From: Oikopleura dioica
Taxonomy: Eukaryota; Animalia; Chordata
Length of the DNA stretch: 64,000 bases
NCBI GenBank assembly: GCA_907165135.1
Contig: OU015567.1
Location: 8,618,001-8,682,000, forward strand
Direction: 5' to 3'
Shown here piece after piece: positions 22,741 through 35,600 of the stretch. Under the pieces are notes generated by a model that was not told the DNA's origin, ran no database searches, and saw only the letters and a program-made list of their open reading frames with translations. Position 1 is the first letter of the stretch, and every line of letters begins with the position of its first letter. A program made the position numbers and the translations under genes.

Positions 22741-25700
22741 ATGAGAGCTCTATTTCTTCTTTTTTACTTATCAGAAGCAGTGACCAACCTCAGGGTAAGC
22801 TCAAGAAACAAGTTAACATGGGAAGAAGAAGATCAGTCAGTTGCAACGGGAATTAATCAAAATAACACTTACTATTTGATTATCGTCCAAAGCGGGTCGC
22901 CGGAGCAAGACTTTAAAAAAGCTGTATCGAAAAAGGCTGAGTATAATGTCAAGCCTTTTCAAGAGCCAGAAAAAGGGAGACCCGAAGGGGCAAATCATCT
23001 GACAATAATGCCTCTTTCTCGAGAGAATGGGATGAAGAAAAAAGTGGTCCACATCACGCTTGAGCAAAAGAATTTGCCAAAACTTCAATCTTTCAGGAAA
23101 GATTCTTGAAAAATCTAAAATGGTAAGAGTTGCGGACAAACGTATAAATTTTCAAATCTCAAAAAGCGAAAATAAAGACCTGCTTCCTCCAACAGGTTTA
23201 TACTCGTCAAACATCGATTATTTCCGGTTCACTATCGACTGGCGCCCTTCTTCTAGCGACGAAAGACAATTGTTCTATGTCAGACTATACGAGCTTGGTT
23301 ACAGTATGTCTAATCCAAAAGAAACTTGGATTAGAGATTACATGACTCGATCTCCTTACTTTTCTCCGTTCATGCTGAAGTCAGCGATGTATCACAAAAT
23401 TGAGATCTACACCCTCAAAGACTCAACTCCTTATGGCTACGAACGGTCCGTCTCAGCTGCAATCTTGATGGAAGTCAAGACTTTGGGAGTTGCCCCGCAG
23501 ATCGAGAGCTGTGAGCATTTCTACTGCGACCAGGATGATAGCGAAAGGCAAGGAAGACAGGTTAATGTTGATAGCCAATCATGCAAAGCGCTAAATTCGC
23601 TTTGCTGGAATGATGCCGACGACAACTCCAACGACGGAGAATGCTATACGAAGTTGTCTAACGAAGAGTGTCATCCCAATCCCCTCTGTCGAACCGTGAA
23701 AAAGGATCAAATCAGCTGCCTAAGAGTTAATGGAACTTGTCCCATCTCATGCTGCGAATCTGAAGATCAGATCAATTGCTACAAAGCAAGAAAATGTGAA
23801 GCTCGATATTTACCCGACGGTCGTTACGTCTGTGATACTGAAAGCATCGAATGCAGAGCCATCTGCAATCCCGGATTCATAAACATCGGCAAAGACATAG
23901 TCACGTGCACAGACAACGGTTGGGATGGACGAGGTGAGTGCGTCCGTCCCAGCTGCGGACCTCCCCAGCTTCTTGCTTCCTATCCAGCAACTTTCTCCAG
24001 CTGCACGAATCAAGACTTTGAGGGAAGCCAATGCATGATGGACTGCGATGACATCACTGAAAACGGAAAAGGAGCGCGGCAGTTTCTTCATCCTTGGAAT
24101 AACAAGAAAATTACTTGCAAAAAGGTTGGCGAAAGAGAATATGAGTGGCAAAATGAATATTCAAACAAGGACAAAGTCCATCCAGGTTGCTTGAACTACA
24201 CGTTTTTTCTTCAAACTGAAGGGGTTGGTATTGAAGCTGAAAGTGAAGCATCGACGTATATTTGGGCACACTGGCTGTTGAACATGAATAACATCTTTGT
24301 CTGCGCTGAAGGGGATGAAAACAGCTTCATTTGCGACGTCGGAACTTGTATTGCAAGCAGATTTGTCTGCGATGGCTTCGACAACTGCGGTGATGGTTCT
24401 GACGAGAAAAACTGTGAAATAATATTGAAAGATAAGAGCGGATCAATCACGACTTCCTCTTTCGAGTTCTATGTCGAGCCTAAATTTGTCAACATTAAAG
24501 TCGTACGAGAAGACGGAGTTGATGACAACGCCCAAATTGACAGCGGAGTTGAAGTATTAGACATCGTCGACGGCCGATATAAAAAACTTTATAAAGTCAC
24601 AGGGGCAACAACCAACACTCAGTACCGAGTCACTGCTAGCTGGAACAATTTAGAAAAGAAAGAGCTTCTGGTAACAACTGCTCTCATCAAACCGGTTCAA
24701 GTTAATCATGTCAACAAGGATGAAAATGTAGAGATAGAATGGTCGATGGATGAGTGGAGTGATGATGATGTAGCTAATCTACGTGAATTCATTTATAATG
24801 TGATTGTTTCCGACAGTAGGTCCTTGGTAGAAAGTTCCCGTAAGAGAAGAGAGGATGAAAAAGAACCAAGAAATTGTGTCAACAGCTGTCGGGATGTGAA
24901 CATTGGTCCGAACATCCGCAGTGTCAAATTCACTGTACCACTTGATAAGGAATACAGTTTCAGGGTAACATTAAACAAGGAAATGTGATTCATTCAAAAC
25001 CGTTTTTAGCTGACTGCAGTCTTCAAAAACGGCAAACAGACCGACACCCTCGTTCTCAATGGAGAAACCCGGGAACCAGCGATTAAGAAAATAACTCAAG
25101 TTGGAGGTCGGTCAACGATGGCGAGTTTTGAGGTTGAAGCTGAGATCGGAGCTTCTGTTGAAGGAGTCTTGGGAAAACTTATCTCAAATGAAGACTGGAC
25201 TTTTGAAGTCGAACGAGAAGATGACGCGCCAGAAAATATTATCCAGCTTAAAAACTTGCCTGTCAACGAGGCGGATCAGATAATTCTAGCGCCGAAACTC
25301 AAAACTTTCCACGATCAGACCTTGCGATTGGGTGCTGAAGTGACCCTCGACTTCCGAACACTGCCTCTTCTCAATCCAGAAATTGTCAAACGAACCAATG
25401 ATTCTCTGACTGTATCTTGGACGAAGCATGAACAATTTGTCAAATATGAAGTGTTTATTTCAGGAGTTTTTCCAGATATCGGCCAAAGTCAAGTCCAAGA
25501 AACCGTTTCTTGCATAACAGAATGTCAGAATTCAATTCTCTTTGAGAACCTCAATCGAGAAACTTTTTATAAAATCGAAGTTTTCGGTTATGAAGACGAT
25601 GAAAATTATTTCACTGATGGTGAAACGATTACTGTACCTACAATCGGCACATTTCCAACACTCACAATCTCGCTGACGCGCAAGACGACTACTACAGCCG

Positions 25701-28700
25701 ATTTCTCCCTCTCATTTTCGTTCCCTTGCAAAAACATGCAACTCGTTGAGGAATCAAAAACGCCTGGCGGATACATTCCTCACCCTTCAGTATACTTAGA
25801 GGAGACACGAGCCCTCGGATTAAAAACAAACACGAGCTGTGATTCGGAGTCAATGACTTGTCATGCATCAGGGCTTGTTCCAGAGCTTGAACACACGATA
25901 AGACTTTCGGCAACGTGTGGAGAAGAATCAAACAGAGCTACAGTTCGGTCGACCTTGAAATTTGTTACCAACAAGCTTCCTCCCTTTTTCGACGATCTTC
26001 GCATATCATCAACTGAGATCACTGGCTTTTGGACAGAAGACGACGAAGCTCAAAAATACATCATAGAGATCGAATATCCAAATGAAGATCCGATTAAAAT
26101 TGAAAGAATGAATGACAAAAGTCAAACTTCTTTTAACATCAACAATGATTATAGAAGCGACAATTTCACTCTCAAAATCAAATCATACTATAGCGAAACA
26201 AGCGAAACTGACTACGGAATCATTCCCAATCTACAATTTCAGCCTCCAATCACTGATTTCAAGCCAACATATCTCAACCCAACGATGGTCAACCTTTCCT
26301 ACGATCATCAACAACTGGCCGTTAGAGTTGAAAGTCAGATATCAGAACTTCAAGATGGATTTTCAGGAGAACCAGATATAGAGGGCAAGTACTGGACTTT
26401 GTTTCTAGTTAAAGATGATCCAGCTGAAATAATTGAAGCGAGACTTCGGGTATTCTATGAAGATGCACTGACGAATACTCTTTACAAAAATTCATATGTC
26501 TGCAAAATGACATTTCTTCCTACTGATAAGGAGCCATGCGTAGGACATGAGACAGTTGTGACACGACTTTCTGATTGGAATATATTGACAGTGGAAACTG
26601 CAGTGCGGATTTTTCCGGAAAAAGTAGAAGGACAAGGTGGCTTCGGGTTGATTTCTTGGTCACATGAGCGCAATTATAGCGACACTCTTATTCCTATTTA
26701 CAATATCAGAATCTGCGAAGAAGGTGTGTGCACAAAAGCATTCGAAGAAAATGGAAAATGGGAGGATGCAGGATCGACGACGGAAACATTTTTCAATGCA
26801 ACTGGTGATCCAGAAGGTTGGCCCGCTATTTTCACTGTTCAAGCAATTTATCAAGAAGCTGATCCGTTGATTGAGTCAAATATTTTATTCCCGCTTCAAT
26901 TCGAAAAGGGAGTCGCAATTCCTGATATCGAAATCATAATTGACCATGAAACGATTCGCTCAACCTCGATTTTTGTAAAATGTAAAACGCCATATTTTAA
27001 AGAAAATAAGGATCAGGAAAACGAAAACGTTATACCAGCCAAAACAGTTGTTTTGAAAGCGACGAATGAAGACGATAAGGACTCTCCTCATGAGTGTAAA
27101 GTGAAAAGATCTGATGATCAACAATCGGGTGATTGTACGTTTCGAGGACTCCTGCCTTCTACAACTTACGACTTCAATCTACGAGTGGAATGGGATGAAT
27201 TCGGAGCTTTATCGATCCAGAAACCAGCTACAACAGCTCCTGCCCCACCATACGCAATGGAAGAAATCGCAAAGACATCTTCCATCGAGCTCAAATGGTC
27301 AAATAGATGGAAGAGTAAAGAGATATCCCGTCATCTGAAAGGATATGAAATCAGTGCTATAACCGCTGATGACACAGAAGACAGGGCCGAACGAAAATTT
27401 GGGACAGAAATTGCCGAATGGTTAGACGCTAATTTAACGACGACGGCAAAAATATTGATCTCGAACAGCTCGGAAGCCACTTATCAGAAAGAACTTTTCC
27501 CTCTTACTGGTTATAAGATTACAGTCGTCGCTGACTTGGGTGAACTTGGCAAAACTGACGAGTTGATTATTGAAGGACGAACTGCTCTGCCACCACCTGA
27601 TCTCAAATTTTTCAGCGTTGAATCTTCTTCCGTCACCGTATTTTGGCCTTTTCATGAGGTAGAACCTATTGGATTTGCGAGTACCATGGACAGTGAGGCT
27701 GACAATGACGAAGATAATACAATTAACGGAAATCCGATAAAAAGCAAAAATGACGGCTATTACCTAACTTACGTAAGCGATCTTTTCCCAAAGAAAGACG
27801 TTACCATTAATGTCTCTGTTTGGACTGAAAACAGACTCACAGATAAAGACAGTAACTGGGCAGAGTATCCGTGGAAACGACTTGAATATTCTGATGATGC
27901 GTCTATCTTAACCACCTGTCCTCCTCAGATGAAGATCGAAGTTGGCAATGTTCGAGATATTTCAACAACTCTTGAATGGGAGGATGTTGATGGTGCAGAT
28001 GAATACATCTTAATCTATGAATACAATACTACTGAGGGAACCGGGAAAATCAACAGTCCTTACTTTGCTGGCGGAAACATCGTTCATTTAGACAGCGGAA
28101 TCACCAAGAAAACGATCAGCCCTCTTGTTCCTTTCACAACTTATAATTTCTTAATGAAAGCAAAGTTCGACGCGAAAACTGAGGCAGATATCGATAAATA
28201 TACAGACATGCTTCGGCTTTCAATTCGAACCGCAACTGAAGCTCCTAACATAACCCTCTTCAACGAGACGCTCACTAGCTCTCTGGTGACTTTCAACTGG
28301 CCTAATTGTCATGAACTCAAATGTCCTTCTGAAGCGGGTTGTCCTTCTTGCGCCACAATAGAAAGAAGAAAAAGACGAAAAAGAGACACGCATTTTTTCG
28401 ACTTCAAGTACGATGTTTATCCCATTCAGTGGCAAGTGAAAATAAACGGTTTGAACATCACCGGACATGGAGACAGCTACATTGATGATGATGAAAGTGT
28501 TCAAGAATTAGGTAATGGTACAACCTGCAGAGTATATGATACATCGGGCTATCCAACTCCCCAGTTTGAAAATCTACGTCCCGGCACTACTTACAAAGTA
28601 GAAATCATCGTCGAATTCAATGAATTTGAGGGCAAAAAAACTCTTGTTAGGACGGACGAAAATAGCGAAAACCCGGAAATTATCAAAGAAATCGATGCCA

Positions 28701-30590
28701 AAGTTGAAGTTATCTACGACTTGCAAACACTGGATCCTAATGTCAATGTTTTGCTTTTGATCGACAACACAGATGCAGTTGATGGGCGAAAAGAAATAGA
28801 AGAAGATGTCCTGGCTTCGTTGCCATTAGTACTGAGACAGGAGCAGATTGATTTCGCAGTAGAACAGGCACTGAAAAACAGGTTTGTTTAGAATTTCTAC
28901 TAACATACCCCACCCCCAAGTTTTCGCGCATTCCTCGGTACATTTTCCGTAATTTACTCTTCCTGATTTGTTCAAAACCCCCGAAATTTACGCCGCTTAA
29001 CTTTTCTGCGTGCGCCCAAATTTACTCTCGCGGCGCTGATTGGCTTCGTCGGTTAATTTTCTGTGTGCGCAAAAGTCTTGTTTTGCTCGCTCCGGGCAAA
29101 GAAAGGATGATCTTTTATAAAAAGCCAGATTCCCTTATAGGGCAGCCCTATCTTATGTTATCTTTGATAAAATTATTGTTTATTGTTACAGTGAAGTTTA
29201 TAAATATTTGATAGAACGTTATGCTACCTGCGATAGATGAAAACGACTTCTGCGGAGCAAAATCCTGGCCTCAATATTTTAAGTTAATGGTACGATTTTT
29301 ATGTGTCCAAGCCACGAAAAATTTTCAATTCTAGTGCCTCGAGTTCCTGAATAAGACTGAAATCCCTTGGTTTAATATGGCGCTATGATTGAATAACGCG
29401 CCCGTTAATGAATCATTAGCGTTGACGCCTATTTCAGCGGGTCGCGAGTAAATTTGGGCGCACGCGGAAAAGTTAGGAGAAGAAATTTGGAAACGCGGGG
29501 AAACGCGAGGAAGCGTAAATTTCGGGGGTTTCGGAAAAGTTATGAAACGTAAACTTGGGCGAAATACCACGAATTGCGCGGAAATTTAGGGGGGGGGGGT
29601 ATGTTATGATAAGTTTGTTCTTTCAGTGTTTACTGGAAACGCCAGATGAGCTTCTTACAAGAACTGATGTCTCGACACAAGTATATTGGTGACGATTCTT
29701 CTCGTTTTGCGATGAGTCTTTACGAGGGATATCAAAACTTGGACGAAATTCATACATTTGAGTCTCTTCAAGAAGTAGAATATGTAAAAGAACTGCTTGG
29801 AAATGTTACTTATAACGGCGGAACATTTATGCCCTTTCATGGGCTTTCTTATGCGGTAAGATTACAATCCAAGAAATGCGTCAAAAGAACTATATTTAGG
29901 CGGTCAAAGGCATTTCAACAGGACTTTTGAATTCTACCCAGACTGAAGAAAGACCAAATGTGATAGTAATGACCATTTCGAACACTCTTTATCTTCCAGC
30001 TTCAATCGCAAATGTCATCGAAGAAACCATCATTAAAACCAGCCGTCTTCTCAGATTCTGCTCGGATGCTACGTTGATTCCGGTTGGAGTCCATCCACCT
30101 AAGAGTTCTAGGGGCATTTATGGCGAGAAGTTCGAAGAAATGTTGAGATTGCTTGCCTGCTGGGAAGAGGAAGAACAGAGCATGCTGGAAGATGAAAACT
30201 TCAAGTGCGATGTGAACACTGGATTCTGCACCTATGAAAAAGGCGGTAACGAGGACTACCAGAAAAACAAAATCAATGAAATAAAGGGGAAAGAATGTCC
30301 CAATGTCCACTTCGTCCCACAAGATGGGAACTACATAGAAGTCGTTGACAGGAAATTGGTTTAGAAATTTTAGATAAACAAATTTCACTTAATTTCTAAC
30401 CAATGAAAGCATAAAACAACTTATTGTTGATAAAACTCTTGAAGCTCCTATTGATCCCAATCAACCGAAATACATCATCCCAAGAAAGAATGACGACCGG
30501 CAAAGAACTTGCCTAGCTCTTCTCGCGAAAATGACGGGAAAATCTCTTGAAAGTCGAGCCTTCAAAACATTTCGCGAAGGAGAACTGTAA
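22741..30590 (+). CDS. Large secreted mosaic protein: signal peptide, FN3, Cys-rich region, 2 sushi/CCP, LDLa, multiple FN3, C-terminal vWA
   Basis: Signal peptide MRALFLLFYLSEA; sushi (CNPGF..G...TC...GW); LDLa (FICDVGTCIASRFVCDGFDNCGDGSDEKNC); many FN3 repeats (ORF 25118-28891, e.g. LTVSW, YKIEV, LLPSTTYDFNL, LRPGTTYKVEI); vWA strand VLLLIDNTD continuing in 29627-30356. No TM segment. The junction near 23095 and the frame of the last exon (stop at 30516 or 30590) are unresolved. Confidence 0.8.
28903..29604. mobile_element. Intronic MITE (702 bp) with long imperfect TIRs and TA target-site duplication
   Basis: ta|acataccccacccccaag ... ggggggggggggtatgt|ta. Internal IR pairs cccccgaaatttacgc/gcgtaaatttcggggg and gcgtgcgcccaaatttactc/gagtaaatttgggcgcacgc. 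Removing it leaves a ~43-nt intron (28882-29626), the typical local size. Confidence 0.8.
29238..29340. mobile_element. Fragment of the 14127-14701 MITE family embedded in the 28903-29604 element
   Basis: tgaaaacgacttctgcggagcaaaatcctggcctcaatatttt...atgtgtccaagccacgaa...ttctagtgcct matches the reverse complement of 14570-14701, with an internal deletion. Confidence 0.75.
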
Positions 30591-30788
30591 TTTATTCAAA
30601 ATAAAAACAAACGCTTCTCTTTGTTTTCTCCGTCATTTCTTACGTTTTCTTCATCTTTCTCTTGGGCAACCGCGTAGATTTCTGTCCATTCTCGAACGGT
30701 TAGATCGAATTTTTCACGGTCGTTTAGGAACATCGACACTTTAGTTAAAATTTAATTCAAAGTAATAACTAACCAAATAACCGACTGC

Positions 30789-31690
30789 ATTTTGACTGAG
30801 TAACGTACCAGCTAATCTTTTCGTCCGTATCTTTTACATTCAAAAGGACAAGATTGCCCTACTTTTCAAATCTGTCTAAAACTCCTTGATTGATAAATTA
30901 TCACTTATAATAGGGATAAGCTATTGGCCACGTTATCTTATAAATAAAGATAATTTCCTCTTTATTATTCGCACGTTAAATTCAGTGCGAAAAATAAAGA
31001 TAAGCAATTACGTCCTATTAGCAAAATCCAGAAGGTCCGTAAATTGGCGGTCAATTAAAGAATGTTATTTCTATTCGGAGGTTTTTAATTGCCAACTTGG
31101 TTTCCTTGAAACAAAAACAAGCTTGGTTGACCAACGAATTTCGAAGATGATATTGGATCGGCCCTGTTCATCGTAAACTAAGGGCGCTTTCTGAAAAATG
31201 TTTTCGGAATATTTTTCTATTTTCAAGCTTTTGTGAGACATTCATATTCGCATCGCCACTTACTGTCACTGTTTGTATAAAACTTATATTGACAACTGTC
31301 TATCTAAAGCGTGCGAATATCTATTCTTGCTTGATGATTGAAATTGAGTTACGACGAGCGGGTTCGTCCTTACATGACACATGATGTTGAACGGTTGGGA
31401 ATATCTCTCATGTACAAAGAATTTTAACAAATTGAACATAGGATTTAATCTTTTCTATCGTGTTTTCGTCGATCTTACTTATCTTGCGAAGAGTTTATTT
31501 CTATAATAATGTATTCTTTTACAGAGAGACTCCCTGTCAGAGAGTTCATAAAAAGTAGGTCAGTGCACGACGGGAGCGAGTTTCAGAATTGGAAAACATC
31601 GCACACTTCGTATTTTGACTGAGTAACGTACCAGCTAATCTTTTCGTCCGTGTCTTTTACATTCAAAAGGACAAGATTGACCTATTTGAC
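30789..31690 (+). repeat. Pair of ~75-bp direct repeats (30789-30864 and 31612-31687), 823 bp apart
   Basis: attttgactgagtaacgtaccagctaatcttttcgtccgt(a/g)tcttttacattcaaaaggacaagattg(c/a)ccta is nearly identical at both sites; both copies are followed by ctaaaactcctt. Confidence 0.85.
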
Positions 31691-32682
31691 CTAAAACTCC
31701 TTACTGTTGGTGCCCTAACTAAACTTGGAGTCCTACTGAAAAGACCCATTAATTACTGTCACCAAGCTTACTTGTATAAAAATAAACGTGTAACTATACA
31801 GTAGAGTCTCTACTTACCATGCTTGCAAATAACATCATAATATGCATTTTCGAACCGTGTTCAATAAGACCATGGCAGCACTAGAACGTGAATGAATTTG
31901 CCCTAAATAATTTGCAAATATCTCAGCCAGCAGACTCAGTCGAGAATTATAGACAGCTCAAATATGCGAAAAAATTATCTTGTAATTATTGTCTTTTGAT
32001 TCCACCGCAAGTTCCTTTTTTTCGGAAGCAGTTCATGTCATCGTAAAAGAAACTTTGACTACCTTTATTTTACTCCACGTATTAAGCCAACTTCAAAAGG
32101 AAGGATTTTCCGTTAAAAATAATTACGTGAGGTAAGATAAAAAAATGTTTTGTTTTGACATCCGAGATGATCCGGTGACTGAGCCGTATCAAGACTTGTC
32201 TGAACTGGCTATTTCTGGGTAGATGAATTCTGGGTGGATGTTTCTCATTTTTGGAAGGAAAAAATACGGTGCCGTATAGTCTATACGGTATAGATTACAC
32301 GGTATACAGGGTAGTTAACACGTTCTATCGAAAAATTGGTACGTTTGTCACTTTAGCCGCATTGTTTTCCTTATCAGATCCGTAACTAGCGTTTCAGTGA
32401 ACGTGCGAGCCTTATCACCTTCCGACAATATACTCAAGAGTTCTTCTGAAAAACCTTTCGATAAACAGCAAACTTCGGTCGAGACTGGGCGAGACAGTGA
32501 TTGTCAAAACTTCTCACGGCGCAAACCCGCGGCGCGCATCGCTCTGTAGCGCCGGAACCCTTTTTCGGATTTATGCGAGAACTCTTCGGTACTCTTTTCA
32601 CTTGTAAAAATTGAAACTTGAAACTCGTATGTATAGTTATTAAATCTTCCTTTTTTAATATATAAGGACAAAGAGTATATTT

Positions 32683-35600
32683 ATGAAGAATTGTATATTA
32701 ACGTTTCTCCTCCTTGGAGAGAACGATGCTACTTCTGGAAGAAATCGTAAGTCGAAATGATTTCTTGTCTTTAGGGTTGCTTAGAGATAGGGTTAGTGTT
32801 AGCGTTATTTTAAGAGTCATTGAAAATATTAATTTTTGGTCTGAAATGAGCTCAAAAAATAGAGAAAAAGAGCTCTTTTTGATGGGCTTGAGTCTATTAA
32901 CTCTGAATAGAAAACCTGTAGAAACCTATTTTTCTGATGATACTACAATAAAATATTTCCTCTTCAAGATCAACCTGTTTCTTGTCATTCTACATTGGGA
33001 AAATAACTAACAGTTAGGCCCCTTTCGAAACCACTGGAACTCAAGAATCGAACCAATATATCATATATTATATATGTAATGAACGTGACGAGATTTTTAC
33101 GTTGGCTTTGTTTTCTTAAGCTACGTTTGAGTGTCGTATTTTGCAGCTGCGGTAAATTGAGTCAAGTATTTATTGAATTTCAGGGCATTTGCGGCGAAGT
33201 CGAAATCACCTAAGAGCGTTGCGGAAAGACGAAAAGCGCATCAGCAATTTAGACCCGAGAATAACATCAGGATGCACTTTGACAAGGAGCGACGATGTCG
33301 AGTTGTTGGAGACCTTTCAGTTCGTAGAACCGGAATCGGGGAAGAAGATTTTCTTCGGAACGAATATTGACGTTGAGCGCGGAAATCCACAAGCAGCGAA
33401 AAACACGGTCCCAGGAGCTTTCCCCGATGACGTAATCTGGACGCGTTCGAATGGATACTGCGATAAGGGCGTCTACAAAAGCTGGAACAAATGCAACATC
33501 AACGGAGAATGCTTCGTCGAATGCACCGACGGCCTTTGCCATGAACAGCACAAAAATGACGGCGAAAGAATCAACGTTCCTGGCCAGTGCGACGATTGGT
33601 ACAGAAGATGCGCGACAGAGTGTAAAAATGATCCCAATTGCAAGGCGTTTACGTTTTTGGATACGAACGTCTTGGGCCATCCAGAATACACCTGTCATTT
33701 TATGTCGGAGCTTCTTTGCAAACATAGGTCGGGTTTTTAGAGCGATAATGTTGAAGTCCGCAATAATTTTTGACTGAATTCAAAAAATTTAAGATAAAGA
33801 CTGAAATTAACCTTTGATAAGATAAAAAAATATTATCGCGAAAATTCTTCACAAAATCGGCTTTTTTCGGTTTCAAAGAGTAATTTTTTAGATAGATTGC
33901 TCTTATCCCTTTTAGAATTTTAGAATAGCTGTTTTTATTGTAAGGTGAAAATAAATCCCTTTGTCTAATCGCTAGAATTCTAAGGAAACGTTATAAAACC
34001 CTTTTAAAAGCGAGATGAGCCTGAGTGATCCGCGCTCTAGTTTCCAGGTCAAAGGGGCACACATGGCGGAGCTCTACGCAAAATATGGCTCAGGCAGCTT
34101 TACAGAGCTCGACAATGCTCTGGCTAATGATCCAGAGTTCAAGTTCGGCCACTGGTCCAGCTGGGGCTACCACGAGTGCCGTAATACGCCCGCACCGGCT
34201 TGTGGCGAGGGAGTTCAGCGACGAACGAGAGTTTTAGAAAATAGCGGAAGTGAAGTGGAAAGTCGACCTTGCTCCTTTTCCGACAACGATGGCAACTTAA
34301 TCCCCTGCGAGACGATCTCGGGCCCAGAAGAAGGCGAGCCAGGCCATGGCTGGACAAGCTGGGGTCTTTGGAGTGCCTGTTCAAAAACTTGCGGAAATAG
34401 CGGAACTAGAACACGTTTTCGCGGCTGTGCCGAGTGCCCCAATCCTGATAGCGATGGCCTTTGCTCCGCCGAGAGTTTAGAAAATTACAGAACAAGAGCT
34501 ATTGCTTTTAAAACATCAGAATATGAATTTTGCCCAAATGGGGGAGAGAAAGAAAGCGAAAGCTGTCAGCTGGGCCGTTGTCTTCCTTGGACGCATGGGC
34601 GAAATGGATGGAAACAAAATGGCGTTCCTGAATTTAAAATTAAGCATTTGTGGAATATTGGGAAGACTTCTAACTTCAGTGGAGACGAAACAGATTGGGA
34701 AGGTGGCTGCAGAAATTACGACGAAGCTTACAAAATCCTCAACTTAGATTCTGGCTCTCAAAGTCCTCCCTTTCACAATCAAAAATACACGTTTGCCGAG
34801 TGCATCCGAATTTGCCAATTAGAGGAAAAAGCAAATTGTCTCTCAGTCATGTTCTTTCCATCTAGTTCAAGGTGGGGACAACCTGACATTACAAGATTTT
34901 ATGGAAACGACGGTGACGGTAATGCGCTTGCTGGAAACTGCTACTTGTTCAATAAAAGATGTCACGAAGATGGAGCGCCACGTGATGCTGCGTTCTTGGA
35001 TGATCTCAGGTAAATCAACCGAATGTTATGATTCTAGCGCTAACTATAATCAACCGCCATCAATGGTAGTCTATCATTAACGAATTGTCAAGTTGACCAA
35101 CATTTACAAATCCATACGTCATAAGATATATTATATTTTCATCATTTCAGAGCGCAAAAAGAAGCTGCCGGCGAAGAATTCACTGGCAAAGAAGCCGCAA
35201 AGTCCTGGTACGCTTACAAAGATCTATGCAGCGCGCCGAAATCTTTCCTTCTGAGCCCTTGCAACTGGCTTTCGAACTACTACGCCGCTGAGTGCGATTC
35301 TTCTGGAGATCGTGGTTTTCCAAATACTGATGTTTGTCGATGTCCAATGTCTGGGGATAGATGGTCGAGCGTCCGAGCATGGGGAAATCCTTACGCACCG
35401 CGATGGCAATACGATCCGAGCATCGGCGCGATTCAGCGACGAGATAGAAATCCTGACCTAGGAAACGGCCCTGTATTCTACTCCGTGCAAAAGTACAACA
35501 ACCGAATCTTCAATGGCAAATCACTAGAATTCTACGAAGAACACATGCGAGAAGGAACGATGGCTTGTCACAATCCATGTGACCATAATCGCTGTCAAAG

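Noticed and set aside
23800-30400. Minus-strand ORFs overlapping the FN3/vWA gene
   Set aside because: Shadow ORFs of a coding strand with clear domain homology.
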